Assembly: GCF_006345805.1 (NCBI RefSeq)
Contig: NC_043003.1
Location: forward strand, 86,490,001-86,554,000
DNA: 64,000 bases
Direction of reading: 5' to 3'
Source of the DNA: Octopus sinensis
Taxonomy: Eukaryota
How positions within the stretch are numbered: position 1 is the stretch's first letter; each line of letters opens with the position of its first letter. Positions 51,891 through 64,000 of the stretch are shown here, piece by piece. The notes under the pieces are model-generated. The model was not told the origin of the DNA and made no database searches. It worked only from the letters and a program-made list of their open reading frames with translations. The position numbers and the translations under genes were made by a program.

Positions 51891-52751
51891 GTATGCAAAG
51901 TTTAGCGTTCGTCAAAATGGCTTTTTCTAAATTCCAGTTTTGTGATGAATGATCTGAATGATACGATGGCTACTACTGTTCTATGGTTTGTTATTCAAAT
52001 ATTTTTATTGAATGATTATGTGCTGTTGTTTAACCTTAAGATAACCCTAGCATCATCCAATGTTTCGTTTCCTTTTCAAAAAGTATCAAATAAAGATTTA
52101 ATGCCGGCAACTGAATCGACGTAGCAATTAGGTAAGAAAGATCCAATTTCTGTATTCAACGTTATATAACGTAATAATCATCAAGTGTTTCCAGACAAGA
52201 CCAGAGGTCATCAATGTCTACCTTTATTTTATAAATACATCTTCAACTAGATATTATTAACTTGTTAAAATGTTCTCTTAACGTAAGTTAACCAATACTA
52301 CTTCGCAATGAAATGAGGAGGTTTAAAATGTGTGTGTGTGCGCGTAAGTGAGTGTGAGGCTGAGTATTAAAACCTGTTCATGTTTTATGTATTTAATCTG
52401 TTAGGTATTTCAAATAAAGTAACTGAACTGGTTATTTAAGTATTATGTATCTTCCGTTCATACAGTCACTTCCAAAAGATGTACACTGTACAAAACGAAT
52501 GGAAGGGTGCCACTATCCGGTAATTCGACCTGCTTGGAGTATGCTTCAAATCAACTCACTATCTTGATGTAAAAATTGGCATTTATGATACATTAAAGAA
52601 TATATCCTACATTAAAAGGGCGTGATGGTTGTAACTGAAAAGCTTTTAATGAAAGGTTTGCACTGAGTTACTTCGAGCTAAACAAGTTTTCAGAGTAGGA
52701 GCCGAAAAGAGCTTCAACGCGGTTGATCATTATGTTAGAATAGAAGTCAAA

Positions 52752-53203
52752 TTAAAGAATTGAATGTATTGTGTAACCAGTCTAATGAAACCTATGATAG
52801 AAAGTTTTCAACCGTCACTAAGCCGTCATATCTAGTTCATCATGTCTATCTAACGCAGAAGGGTATATTTTGAAGAAGTACACACTCCTTATAATAAGAA
52901 TATATGAAGCACTCTTATAATAAGAATACATTAAACAATGTGTTCAGGAGTATATAAAAGACGGTATGGTCACGGATGGGGTGCATTTGATCAGAGTACC
53001 ACTCAATCAGGATCCCTCTCAGGCTAATAAAAGAAGTATTCATAAGACAGTAAATAAAATCCTCGTTGTCGTTCATCCTTTAAAGTATATCCTTCTGCGT
53101 TGGGTAAGAACATGACGAACTAGATATGACGCATAGTGAAGGTTGAAAGTTTTCTATCATAGGTTTCATTGAACTGGTTACACAAATACATTCAATTCTT
53201 TAA
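52752..53203. repeat. ~62-bp inverted repeat pair (MITE-like or local inversion)
   Basis: 52752-52813 is a near-perfect reverse complement of 53141-53203. Confidence 0.75.
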
Positions 53204-53454
53204 GACCGGATGGCATCTTAGGTAAATTACTACTGCATATTTCTAATTTCTTCGCCAAGAGATGTACAGTGGTGTACATTTATATAGTGATTCTCTCATC
53301 AGTATTTTGGCGAGTGTTGTGAAGTCAATGCTTAGATGAGGGTTAATAATAGCAAAACGTATCCAGAGTTGTCTCCCATATTCACTGAAGAAGTGAAAAG
53401 GATATTACTTCAATATCTAATATAATTTGTTTCTTTTCTTCCTGCCACATCAAT

Positions 53455-53805
53455 CGCAGGAATGGCTGTGTACTTACGAAGTTTGCTCGCTTTGCAGTCG
53501 CAAGGATTCCACTTCAGTTCCACAGTAACCTTTGGGTAATAAAATGTCTTTTACTATAGCCCTGGACCGATTAGTGCCTTGAGAGTGAATTTGGTAGACG
53601 GAAACTAGTATAGAGGTTTCGATCTTGCAGGCGCCTGTGAGTGCATGCGCATGTTTTGTGCGTTACTGAGTTTGTACCTGCAGTGCTACACAACCGATAT
53701 TCGTCTCTTTACGTACCCATAACTTAGCGGTTCAGCAAGAAAGCCCGATAAATTAAGTAGCAGACATCCGAAAATTAGTAATGGAGTCGATTTGATCGAC
53801 TAAAC
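53455..53805 (+). mobile_element. Old CORE-like SINE
   Basis: GCAGGAATGGCTGTGT...GAATTTGGTAGACGGAAACT...AACTTAGCGGTTCAGCAA. Confidence 0.6.
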
Positions 53806-54899
53806 ACCTGACGGAAGGATTACTTTATAACATTGTTCTGTTTCACAGGCTACATAGATAAATTAAGTGATATTTCACATATAATAATTACCATAATAGG
53901 AGAAAAGAAGCTTTATAAATATTTAAATTGAAGTCTTGTGACATAACGATACGAAGACTATTTCTCAGTATATCATTACATTTTCTCTTTGCAGCAGCTT
54001 TTGAATTAATAATTCTGTTGCAGTCAATAAATTGAATACAAGTAGCATTTAAAATCTAAATAGAAATTATTATATGGTGAATAATGCATAGTATTAGGCA
54101 ACAACCACCATAACTTCAGCAAATATAGGAAGTCTTAACACATTTCGTTCTTGTGGCCTCATCAGCAAATCAAAAATTTCATAGTACCTCGAGAAGCTGG
54201 CAAGAACTACACAGTATATGTATAAGATTGGAAATTGGCAAACCCAGAAAAATAGACATGTCAACATAATAAAAATCAGAGATGCCTTCCGTATGAAAAA
54301 GAACAGTTATTTTAGTATTGTGACATTTAATGATGGGATCATTAATATCTAACTAGACATAAGTATGTATCGAGGAAAAAACCATTGTTTCCCCGTACCT
54401 ACTGAATTAACTAAATTAATTATTTTGTTGTTTAATGAAGAAGAAAGGGTAATGCCCACACGGTCCCCGAAACTAGCGAGAGGAAGGGAGTAATATATCC
54501 TGAAACCAAAAACCTGAAAAGAATGCTTCCAACAGAATAGAGTCTTCGAAAGGCATCTAAGAACAAGGTGTTAGTGACCAAGGGGTAGACTCAGTTTACA
54601 GCCCATACCTACGTCATTGAGCTCGAAAGCAAAGAACTGAATCAAATACCACAAGGCACTAATGATTTCGCCAGTTCACCGTTCTAGGCTGATATTTTAT
54701 TTACCAGCCTCGGAAGGATGAAAGACTAAATTGAACTCTATGCAGACTGCATACCGCAAGACATTTCGCCAAATGCCGTTACGACTCAGCTAGAGGGTTG
54801 TTCGGTGAATGAATAACTCAGAGGCACATTCTGCATGAAAAGAGAGCAGTTAAGTTAATGCTAACTTATTTTAAATAATCACTATTAAATAGATAATGG

Positions 54900-55110
54900 G
54901 TTTCAAATTTTGGCACAAGGATAACAAGTTCAAGGGATGAGTAAAATCGATTACATCGACCCGAGTACTCAACTGGTACTCATTATATCGACCCCGAAAG
55001 TATGAAAGACAAGGTCGATCTCAGCAAAATTTGAACTCAGAAGGCAACGCTAGACAAAACGCTAAGCATTTTGTCGGGCATACTGACGATTATGCCAGTT
55101 CGCTGCCTTC
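54900..55110 (-). mobile_element. Meta-like SINE
   Basis: TTGGCACAAGG...CGATTACATCGACCC..AACTGGTACT..ATCGACCCCGAAAG. Confidence 0.7.
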
Positions 55111-55796
55111 ATTAAATGGCTAATTAGAAGCTATTATATATCGAGGGAAAATCATCTGATATGGCGAATTAGCAGAGCAGCAGTGCTATTAATTTAAAAC
55201 CATCCATTGACTGAAAAGCCAACAATTCTTATTCTGTCTGTGAAATTTTCCTTCACCTAAATGCCAATGAGTATTGACATTTATGTGAACATGTTGCAGA
55301 TGTAAATAGCAATAACGGATTAAATAGACATACTTTTTTAAATGTTAGTATCTGGCCGTATGTACGTGTCTTCATAAAAGCATTGATCAAATTAACAGCA
55401 CTAATTATACTAGCTCAAACTCCAGAATTCTAGAAAACAATTTCAGAATGGAAAGGGGAAAGTTGGCAGAATCGTTAGCATGCCGATTGAAATGCTCCTG
55501 AGCATTTTGCTCGGTGTTCATTACCACTCAAATGAACGATTGCAGATTTTGTCGCATCTGTTTGGTATTTTTCTGTCGACTAGTATGAAAAAAAATTATG
55601 TATAATCTGCTCAACAGCTTTCCTGAAATACAACGGTCGTTTCCTGGAATGGATTCGGCAAACTTACAGGAAAGCATTAGATAAATATATTCAGTCGCGC
55701 GCACACACACACACATACACACATACACACACACTCTCTCTCTCTCTCTCTCTCTTTCTTTCTCTCTCTCTTTCTTTCTTTCTCTCTCTCTTTCTT

Positions 55797-55835
<39 letters not shown>

Positions 55836-56117
55836 ACAGATCCATACATATCCTTAAGTTTATCACTTCTAACGCATGTCAAGGAAAGTGTCAAAAGTAT
55901 CACATGTATGTATGTATGTATGTATGTATGTATGTATGTATGTATGTATGTATGTATGTATGCATGCATGTATGTATGTATGTATGTATGTATGTATGTA
56001 TGTATGTATGTATTATGTATGTATATATGTATGTGTGTGTGTGTGTGTATGTATATATGTATGTATGTTGCCATTGCTACTGATGCTGATTTGTATATCA
56101 ATATTAAAATTTCGTAT

Positions 56118-56540
56118 GGCGGCGAGTTGGCAGAAACGTTAGCACGCCGGGCGAAATGCTTACCGGAATTTCGTCTGCCGTTATGTTCTGAGTTCAAATT
56201 CCGCCGAGGTCAACTTTGCCTTTCATTCTTTCAGGGTCGATTAAATAAGTACCAGTTACACACTGGGGTCGATGTAATTGACTTAATCCGTTTCTCTATC
56301 CTTGTTTGTCCCCTCTATGTTTAGCCACTGGTGGGCAATAAAGAAATAAGGAACGTTAGTACGCCGAGCAAAATGCTTAGCGTCAATTCGTTCATCTTTA
56401 CGATCTGAATTCAAATTCCACCGATGACGACATTGTCTTTCATCCTTTCGGAATCGATAAATTACGTACCTGTTGAGCACTGGAATCGATGTAATCGACT
56501 TATCCTTCCCTCGAAATTACTGGCATTGTGCCAAAATTTG
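56118..56540 (+). mobile_element. Meta-like SINE followed by an older headless copy
   Basis: Full copy at 56118-56349, then GAACGTTAGTACGCCG...TGTGCCAAAATTTG. Confidence 0.8.
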
Positions 56541-58109
56541 ATAACTTTAATTCCAGAATTTAATACATAATCAGTATACGCATAGACAGGAAATTAATGC
56601 TTATGCAAAATTCTCAGCAATAACGACGGTTGTGTTGCTATCAGAATGCCTTTTGTGCAGAAATATACGATATAGAGTGATATTTTATCTGTTTTAATCA
56701 GTAGTCCGGCACAATGTTCTCTTGGCACATTTCCTACTTGATATTTTTTTTAATCTGTTACTAGATTTAGACAATGAACTGGATGATTCTGGAGCACCGC
56801 TTTAAAAATGTTGAATTCGAATACATCGACTCGACTCTTTTGTATGGTATTTATTTCATTGACATGAAGGAAGTTTAGTATATTCATTCAATGCACCGAG
56901 TTTATATGTGTTTGATAATTACAATAATGCGGGAAAGCTCATTACGACTAGCATTGTAAAACCACATCCAATAGTCTGCTGCGTGAAGTGATACAATGAT
57001 ATAACACTGTGTAACAATTTTTTTTGCGTGGATGCGGTGCTTCAGTCAGTAAGATTTATTTCTAATTTGCTTCTATCTAGAAATAACAGAAAATGACTAA
57101 TATTTCAAACTTTATTTTGGTGACCTGGATATCAATGTTTTGAAACTGATCTATTTTCCATTACATTTCAGACAGATTCAGCGCCGAGTTACTGAAGCAG
57201 AAATATCGTTATAACTAATATTCTGCTCATTGCTACAAATTTGCCTTTTAGTTGCTTGATCTTAACCACTTTAGCATGTCCCTTAGTGACCGACAATATG
57301 TGCATCTCTGGTCATGAGCAGGAGTAGTGGGCGTGCATCATAGCCATGTGTTGAGAGAAACTTGTAGGGTTTCAATGAATGAAACAAAACCAAAGTTTGA
57401 AGGACATATTAGTCAGTTTTTATACTTTCTAGAAGTAAGGAAATAAGAAATAGCAGTTGCTATTCAAAGACAAAAACCGTGTTACACAGTGTTATTAATA
57501 GCAAAAGGTCCTACCTAGAGCTCCTCCGTTCCACAAACCTACTGGATTCGTGTATTAGATGAGCTTTCAAAGGGCTTTCGATATAATAACGATATTACTT
57601 CAGTCTACCCAACATAGTGAATTCTATATCACATAATGATTCAACTATGTAAAAAATGTTTTTGATATATTTTATAAATCTTCAGTAACTACGTATAATA
57701 TATAGAACAGTAGATCTTGAAGCACGTAAAGCTATAGATAATAGTGTGTAAGTACTGGGTTGTAAACGCCTTTTAGATGGGAAAATTTTGAAGCTTCCTG
57801 TGGGACTCGACACACATCTCCTGGACAGATAAAAGACGTTTTACCATAGGACCAAAGCAATCCTACGAATTTTTCCATCCATTTTAAAAGTATTATTCTT
57901 ACCACTTCACCTTTTTTTTTATCCAAAAGCGTTTTTCAAACAAATATTTATATGCTATTATTTATAATTTAATGTGCTTCGAGATCCACTGTTCCGAAAA
58001 CGAATTATTTAAGGCTTTCCCGAAAGCTTATAAATTTTTATGACGACTACAACATACAATTCTCGCTGGTAAGAATAAAGTTTCTAAAGTGGATAAATAA
58101 ATTCAGAGA

Positions 58110-58180
58110 ATAGCTTCTGTCCAATGGTATAACGCATGTCGTTTCTGTAGAAGATGCTGGTTTGAATCCTGCGAACAACT
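58110..58180 (+). other. Degenerate tRNA-like sequence between direct repeats
   Basis: A-box-like TGTCCAATGGTA and B-box GGTTTGAATCC; flanking repeats GAGATC.ACTGTTC.G.AAA.GAATTAT at 57981 and 58268. Not a functional cloverleaf. Confidence 0.4.
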
Positions 58181-58738
58181 TCGGCTGTTTTATCCAAGAG
58201 GGATTTTTCAATACAATATTTAAATACTATTATTCATAGCTTTATGCGATAGTATTTATGCGTTGTGAGATCTACTGTTCTGGAAAAGAATTATATATAT
58301 ATATATATATATGAAACTATATGTGTCTGTTTCTATGTGTGTAAAGCAAAATAAATACTAGGTTGTACCAAGCACCTGCACACTTATAGTCAACTAAATT
58401 TGCTCACAACAATTATTTCTTTATACATGTTATAGAAATCTAATTCTATCTTCTGTTACTGTTAAAAAAAAGACTCTGTTGAGATCGAAAGAAATTAAGT
58501 CAAATATTGATTCTTCCATCCCGTTAATGTAATTATAATACATGCTCGCCTAATGCAACCACAAAATTGTTCTGGAGATTTTCTTAATAAGCTGCAATAC
58601 TAAAACGTATTCGTTAAGCATTAAACATTTATAATGTATCGTTTTCTTGGAGTTCATTTTCTTCTTTTGACTTGTGTATTTTGATACATATGTATGTATG
58701 CATGCATACATATATCATACATATAAAGTTACATTATA

Positions 58739-58775
<37 letters not shown>

Positions 58776-58815
58776 TTGTGTGTGTGTGTGCATATGTATA
58801 TGTATATATATACAC

Positions 58816-58858
<43 letters not shown>

Positions 58859-58940
58859 ATGTATATATACATGCATCATACATATATATATATATATAAT
58901 TATATTAATCTATCTATCTATATATATACCATTCTTAAAT

Positions 58941-59026
<86 letters not shown>

Positions 59027-59873
59027 ATATATATATGTTTTAGTCTGTTATCGATTTAGTCAGAAATTAAGTGAGTACTCACAAAAGCATTTATATTCTG
59101 ATTTCCCTATTTCTTCTCGATGTTTTAATATTCATTTGGATTTCTATACTCCCCATTCTTATTTTTGAATTAACGTCACAAAACAACTATATAAAACCGG
59201 CTGTTCTCTTTCACTTACTTGAATCAATCCGTCGTTGAATTCATAACCAGAATCCGACTTCTTTCTTTTTTTTTCTTTTCTTTGTTCCTAATGAAATTTG
59301 ATATATCCTGTTCGAAGTCCATCAAATATTGCACTTATTATTTATTACAATAGCACTTGCTTCAAACTTTAGATTCTATGCAACTCCATTTGAAATATTC
59401 TTTTTAAATATAATTAAAAAAATTACCTTGTGAATAGGTTTTGTTTTGTTTCTTTAAGTATCACTACTTCCAAATCTTTCAAGTATTATTTTAAGATTAT
59501 TTATCTAATCGTTTCAATTTCTCTTTTTAGCTATATTCAAAAGATAATCTGTATTGAAACGTTTCTCGATATTTCTTTCAATTATTTATGTTTTCAAATG
59601 CTACTAAGAATATCGCGCTTTCTTTATGTTAATCTTGTGCTATGTTACTCTTTTGATGTGTTGCTTTTTCATTATGCTATTATGTTACTTTGCAACAGCA
59701 AAGTAATGACAGTGTTATGCATCAATATATGTATATTTACAGTAGAATCATAACTATAACAAGCTTTCATTTAAGGTGATATTTGAAGAGGAAATCATAT
59801 TGGCAAAAGCTCTCTCCGAGAACATTAAAGTTAGAGAGAGAATGTGTGTGTGAGAGAGAGGGGGAGAGAGAAT

Positions 59874-59932
<59 letters not shown>

Positions 59933-61994
59933 CGAGAGAGAGAGAGAGAGAGAGCATGATTGTCAGTCCTACCTCACTGCTGATACATCTAGGCTCACAA
60001 GAAGCAGTTAGAAGAAATCAATAGCAATTTGCCGCATGTAGGAATGTGCAGGGTTTCTACCGAATAAGGAAACTATGAAATAGAATCTTTCTTCAGCATT
60101 ACATTTGGTCGTTATACCATGACCATGCAACAAGAGTCTGCTGCAGAAAAACAAGCCAGGATTCCATTTTTGTACATAAGAAAATCCACCAGCCGAGAGG
60201 TAGGAGTCATTAACTGTAACTTACCTGTTAAATTGTGGTCGGTTAATTGAGATTGCCTTGAGGTCATGAGTGACCAAGTTTAAGGATAAAAGACATGGTC
60301 CTGAAACTTAAGGATAACAACATCTGGAGGGTAAGTAAGATGTCCAGATACTATGATGCTCGTCAGTAACCGTTCAACGAAAATACGGGGAGAGGACAGC
60401 TACTTCTTTGGAACATACACATATGATTCAAAACTGTCACGTATACATTTTTATGCATACTGATTTGCGATTGTGTAGTAAGCGGCTCAACCACTTGCAT
60501 TGATGATATATTCCCTCAACATGCTAGAATCATGTATACCAAGATGAAGACAGAAAGATCATTATACATAATCATTATACAAACGAAAATTGCGTATAGG
60601 TTCAATCATGCATTCATCTTTAATACTGAATAAAAATGATGGCAGTAGAGAAACAAGTCGGTTATGCATTCTCGTAACCACAGAAAGAACGAGATAAATC
60701 CATGAACCAGTACAAGATGCCATGACTTAAGTTAGAATTTATTGAAGGTTATATTGCTTCATTAACTTCATCAGCTACTCTGTTTGAAAATGGGAAAATG
60801 AACAGTTTTTCCAGGATAATTTACTGAATGAAAAACAAAATGTGAAGACTTACACCGCAGAGTATCAGAAAAGAGGCCTTCCGAATACGTATATTTTCAC
60901 GTGGCTAAAAACAAAAATTTGCTTCAATCAGATAGATACAACTCTATCAGCAGAGCTCCCGAAACCAATCAGTGAGTCCACGTTTTTTTCTACAACATAA
61001 TAACAAAGGTTTATGACAAATATAGAGCCTGAAACATAAACTCTTCTTACACGAAAAAAGAATAAATGCGAGAAAATGTAAAACAAGTAATGACAAAGCA
61101 TTAAGCTTTGTCAGAAGAAAGGAAAAGAGTCAAGGATGGATGATCCATATCCATGCTAAAAATAACAAGAAACAGTATGACAGTTAGATCGATAGGTTGT
61201 ACTGCAAGCTTAACACACACGCGCGCGCACTTATTTAATATACCTTTATTCATCTCACTTATCCGAGATCATAATACGTTTAATTATTTGCCTTACCGCA
61301 AATATGTTCTAATTGTGTAAATACCCTAGCTCGTTTTGCATATATAGACGTCTTATAATTTAGATATAGACAAGATAGAACACCTGCTGTGCTAATGATA
61401 CATACTGAGGCAGAAAAACGTGTCTTTAATGGCGCACCATATTCAATTATCGAGATTGTCCCTCCTTTTCATTCAAAATCGATCGAAATTACTGCAAGCT
61501 GTTTCTTTATTTTCCCTCGAAATGAAAATAATTTCACTAAACCCAGAAATTATCTAGAGTAGAATTTAGCAGACACTTGATGTCGTCTTTCTTGTCTGTA
61601 TTCATACCACTGGCTCTACTGCGTTATTTCCCTTGGCTAATGTGCGTGTGTATGTGTGTGTATATGTGTATATGTAAGTGTACGTGTGTGTATGTGCACG
61701 GCTATGTGTCTAAGAAGTACATCCTATAGCCACCTGGTCTCCAATTCGATTCCACCATGTTGTGCATGGGTCAAATGCTTTATATCATATTTCAGGTCGA
61801 CACATAGCTTACGAATAGAATTAGTAAAATCTTTCGAAGTTACTAGATCTAGCGTTTAGCTCTCCGTATAGCCGTTGCTTATGCAAGCTGATCATCAATC
61901 AGGTAACTAAGAGAGAAGAATTATGTTCTAACTTAATTTTAGCTAATTTCATTACACTAGGTACAATCGTTAATCTATTGCATTTGGTACGTGA

Positions 61995-62670
61995 TTACTT
62001 TCTGAGTTCAAATTTCACTTAGACTTTGCCTTTCATCCTCTCGGGGTCGAAGAAATCGACTATCATCTCCCTCCAAATTTTAGACCTTGTGCCTATAGCA
62101 GAAAGGATTGCTGTTCTTTTCCCATATTTTTATTGGTCAATGGGAAGATATCGTTGGTTGCATTGGTCGTGTCATAGCTTGAAATTTATTTTATCGTCAT
62201 GGTAATGATGAAAGAAAAAGTTGATACCCGTAAGATTTGAACTCAGGACATAAACTCAGCTCAATCAAACTTATTTCTAATATCAGTTTCTAATTTTGGT
62301 GCAAGGCCAGCAATTTGGGGGCTGTGTATCGATTCCGGTACTCAAATAGCACTTGTTTTATCGATACCGAAAGAATGAAAGGCAAAGTCGATCTCCACGG
62401 AATTTTAAGTCAGAACGTAAAGACAGAAGAAATTAGGCTAAACATTTTGCCCGATGTGCTAACGATTCTATCAGCTCTCTTCCCTGTACTGATTTCTAAT
62501 ATCGATTTCAAATTTTGGCACAAGGCCAGTAATTTCAGGGAGTGGTAAGTCGATTGCATTGATCCCAATACTTAACTGATACATATTTTATCGACACTGA
62601 ATGAATGAAAGACAAAATCGATCCAGGCGTCGCCCGGTGTGCTAATGATTCTGCCACCTCACCGCCTTAA
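61995..62670. mobile_element. Cluster of decayed Meta-like SINE fragments
   Basis: GACTTTGCCTTTCATCCTCTCGGGGTCGA (+) and inverse copies at 62290-62470 and 62505-62668. Confidence 0.65.
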
Positions 62671-63404
62671 TGCGTTCTAATATTGGTACATGAAAAGGTA
62701 AAGTCGATTAAATTAAATAAACGCCATTACTTGGCTCGTATTTTAGTTTAGCGATATTAAAAGCATGGAAAGAAACTTGATCTCTGGAGTATTTGAACCA
62801 AAAATTTACGTCCATTATAATCCACTGGGATAGATTTCTTGTTTCTGCTGTGCGAAGAACAGAATAGACATGTTGACATGATGCTGTGAATCTGGTTATT
62901 TTTAGATACCAACTTCATTTGAAAATCATTCGATATAGAAACCAAACAATTCAACGAAGCTGAATATCTATTCCTACTCAATAAACTGTTTAATTTGTTC
63001 TAATTAGATAAGAACAAATTAACCTTCAGTTGGTTGCATGTTGTCAGCTATTCGGCGAAACATTCGATAAGGCTACACGTCAAAAATGATTGATTCATTG
63101 ATAGTATCGTGTTGGAGACGATGTCTGTAACTGCACAGAAAATGAAGAAGTTTCTTGAAGGCTATCGAGTATTTCATTCAACAAAATATTGACACAAAGT
63201 ATTCTTTTACTTGTTTCAGTCATTCAGCGGTGACCATGCTGGAGCACATCCTTGAAGGATCTCAGTACATCAAATCAAAACCACTACTTACGTTGTTAAA
63301 GTCCGACAGTTATTCTTGTGCTCTTTTGCCGAACTGCTTTTCTTGCGCTCTTTTGCCACCACCACTTTTCAGGGGTTGGGCGGACAAACACAAAGACACG
63401 CAAA

Positions 63405-63722
<318 letters not shown>

Positions 63723-64000
63723 TTCCTCGTAACTGTTCGACGAGCAGGAACGTGAAACTGAGTAACATTGGTGTGATAATTTTGAAGTTTTAATAAAAAG
63801 TGTGTGTGTGTGTGTTTACAAACATTCACAAGACGAATTTTCCCATTGGTCGCACGGGGACTAAAGAAAAGACACTTTCTCAAGTTAGTACGCAGTGCAA
63901 CTGAACTTGAAAGACAGTAGTGGCTGGGACGTTAACATATTAATCACTCAATCATTCCTGTGACTAGAGGAATTATTCTATAAAAAAGTGAGTTGAAAAT

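Noticed and set aside
60225-60330. Minus-strand candidate exon ending in AG/GTAAGT
   Set aside because: Splice-like motifs alone are common; the 25-aa frame is uninformative.

Overview
AT-rich, microsatellite-dense eukaryotic DNA with no intact protein-coding gene that I can support. Almost all ORFs in the track are translations of (TA)n, (CA)n or (AAT)n tracts or of SINEs. The repeat families look like those of a coleoid cephalopod (Octopus), recognised from memory rather than by a search. The window contains at least three tRNA-derived SINE families, mariner/Tc1/Tigger relics, a non-autonomous Helitron, R4/Dong-clade LINE fragments sitting in (AAT)n, and Penelope-like element (PLE) RT and GIY-YIG remnants. 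The main signal is about 14 type I hammerhead ribozyme (HHR) motifs from about 8 different short non-coding families. The best example is a young (~99% identical) head-to-tail array of a 490-bp, G-U-rich structured monomer at 17575-19530. Each monomer carries an intact hammerhead with an extended stem II, which makes it a retrozyme-like array predicted to release ~490-nt monomers that could circularise. Also notable are a tRNA-like head-(AAT)n-hammerhead element, a U3-A8 hammerhead variant with a local empty-site paralogue, and SINE multimers that share a recurrent junction. All structures were folded by eye and coordinates of decayed elements are approximate.
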